Positions 63,557 through 64,000 of a stretch of 64,000 nt of DNA are shown piece by piece; within the stretch, counting starts at the first letter, position 1; every line of letters starts with the position of its first letter. The notes under the pieces are model-generated. The model worked only from the letters and a program-made list of their open reading frames with translations. It made no database searches and had not been told where the DNA came from. The DNA comes from a virus (lineage: Duplodnaviria; Caudoviricetes): positions 22,972-86,971 of the IMG/VR virus record IMGVR_UViG_3300006752_000019; one strand, given 5' to 3'. A program made the position numbers and the translations under genes.

Positions 63557-64000
63557 AGCAGGTCATCTTCTGAAAGCACTTTGCGTCCAAGCTCATAGAA
63601 TCTTTTTTTAAGATTATTTAATTGCTTGTAACGTGGTGTCTTTCGGTTCTTTTTATCTTCTTTAAATCCGAATTTTTCTGCAACTTCTTGATCTGAGCGA
63701 TGCTCAATATAAATCATGCGGTAGATTTCTTTATGTTTCTCACTGGATAGTTTAAGAAGGATACTATTGTGGAGTAATACTGCTTTTTCCTCATAGTTGA
63801 TACCTGCTTTAATGCATGTCTCTCCAATAGCTATAGTGGGATCTAAGGACAAAGGAAGTTTGAGATCATATGCGTTTTTCTTCTTTTTCTTCCATCGTAA
63901 GAATACGTCACATTGCTCGTCCTGTTTCCCGCTCTTAGAAAACGCACACTCGTCTCCACCCATGTAGTATTGGCATTTGAGGCAGGGCTTCGCAAAATTA
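63553..64000 (-). CDS. Second sigma-factor-like protein with a Cys-rich insert (partial, starts beyond the right edge)
   Basis: The frame stays open to the window edge (NFAKPCLKCQYYMGGDEC...DEQC). C-terminal region-4-like HTH: HKEIYRMIYIE..SDQEVAEKFG. Confidence 0.55.
   Translation of the reverse strand, partial: NFAKPCLKCQYYMGGDECAFSKSGKQDEQCDVFLRWKKKKKNAYDLKLPLSLDPTIAIGETCIKAGINYEEKAVLLHNSILLKLSSEKHKEIYRMIYIEHRSDQEVAEKFGFKEDKKNRKTPRYKQLNNLKKRFYELGRKVLSEDDLL

Noticed and set aside
1-64000. Stop-codon reassignment
   Set aside because: Conserved genes are full length in the standard code, and TAA, TGA and TAG all end genes at sensible positions.
1-64000. tRNA, rRNA, CRISPR arrays, integrase or reverse transcriptase
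   Set aside because: No cloverleaf, spaced-repeat array or relevant catalytic motifs were found by eye, and intergenic space is minimal. tRNAscan-SE would confirm.

Overview
The window is a contiguous, AT-rich segment of a large tailed dsDNA phage genome (Caudoviricetes, HK97-type head, long tail). It uses the standard genetic code, and I found no tRNA, rRNA, CRISPR array or integrase. Almost all genes are on the minus strand, with two plus-strand islands (27.4-29.5 kb and 30.2-34.3 kb). From left to right: (i) glycosyltransferases and an ADP-heptose cluster (HAD phosphatase, HldC, HldA, cupin, HldD) interrupted by a lysozyme; (ii) small genes and a ClpC-like ATPase; (iii) replication and recombination genes (Pol III alpha split into PHP and core with a DEDDh exonuclease between them, HIRAN-exonuclease, primase, DnaB, RecA); (iv) Gmd and three glycosyltransferases, then NrdAB; (v) a hairpin-rich divergent intergenic region, a sigma factor, GT4 and split-GT9 glycosyltransferases, a Whirly-like SSB and a Rad52-like annealing protein; (vi) a full morphogenesis module from baseplate and tape measure to capsid, protease, portal and terminase, then a second sigma-like gene. 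The best candidate for a new system is phage-encoded O-heptosylation or glycosylation of the virion: a near-complete ADP-heptose pathway, a split GT9 heptosyltransferase, and a subset of tail proteins strongly enriched in Ser/Thr-Gly. Other notable signals are a GTGTAA putative late promoter, leaderless sigma70 promoters, a nuclease-like cassette inside the tape measure protein, a GCGAAGC mini-hairpin origin candidate and a 62-bp MITE-like element. All family assignments come from recognising motifs by eye; no database search was run.
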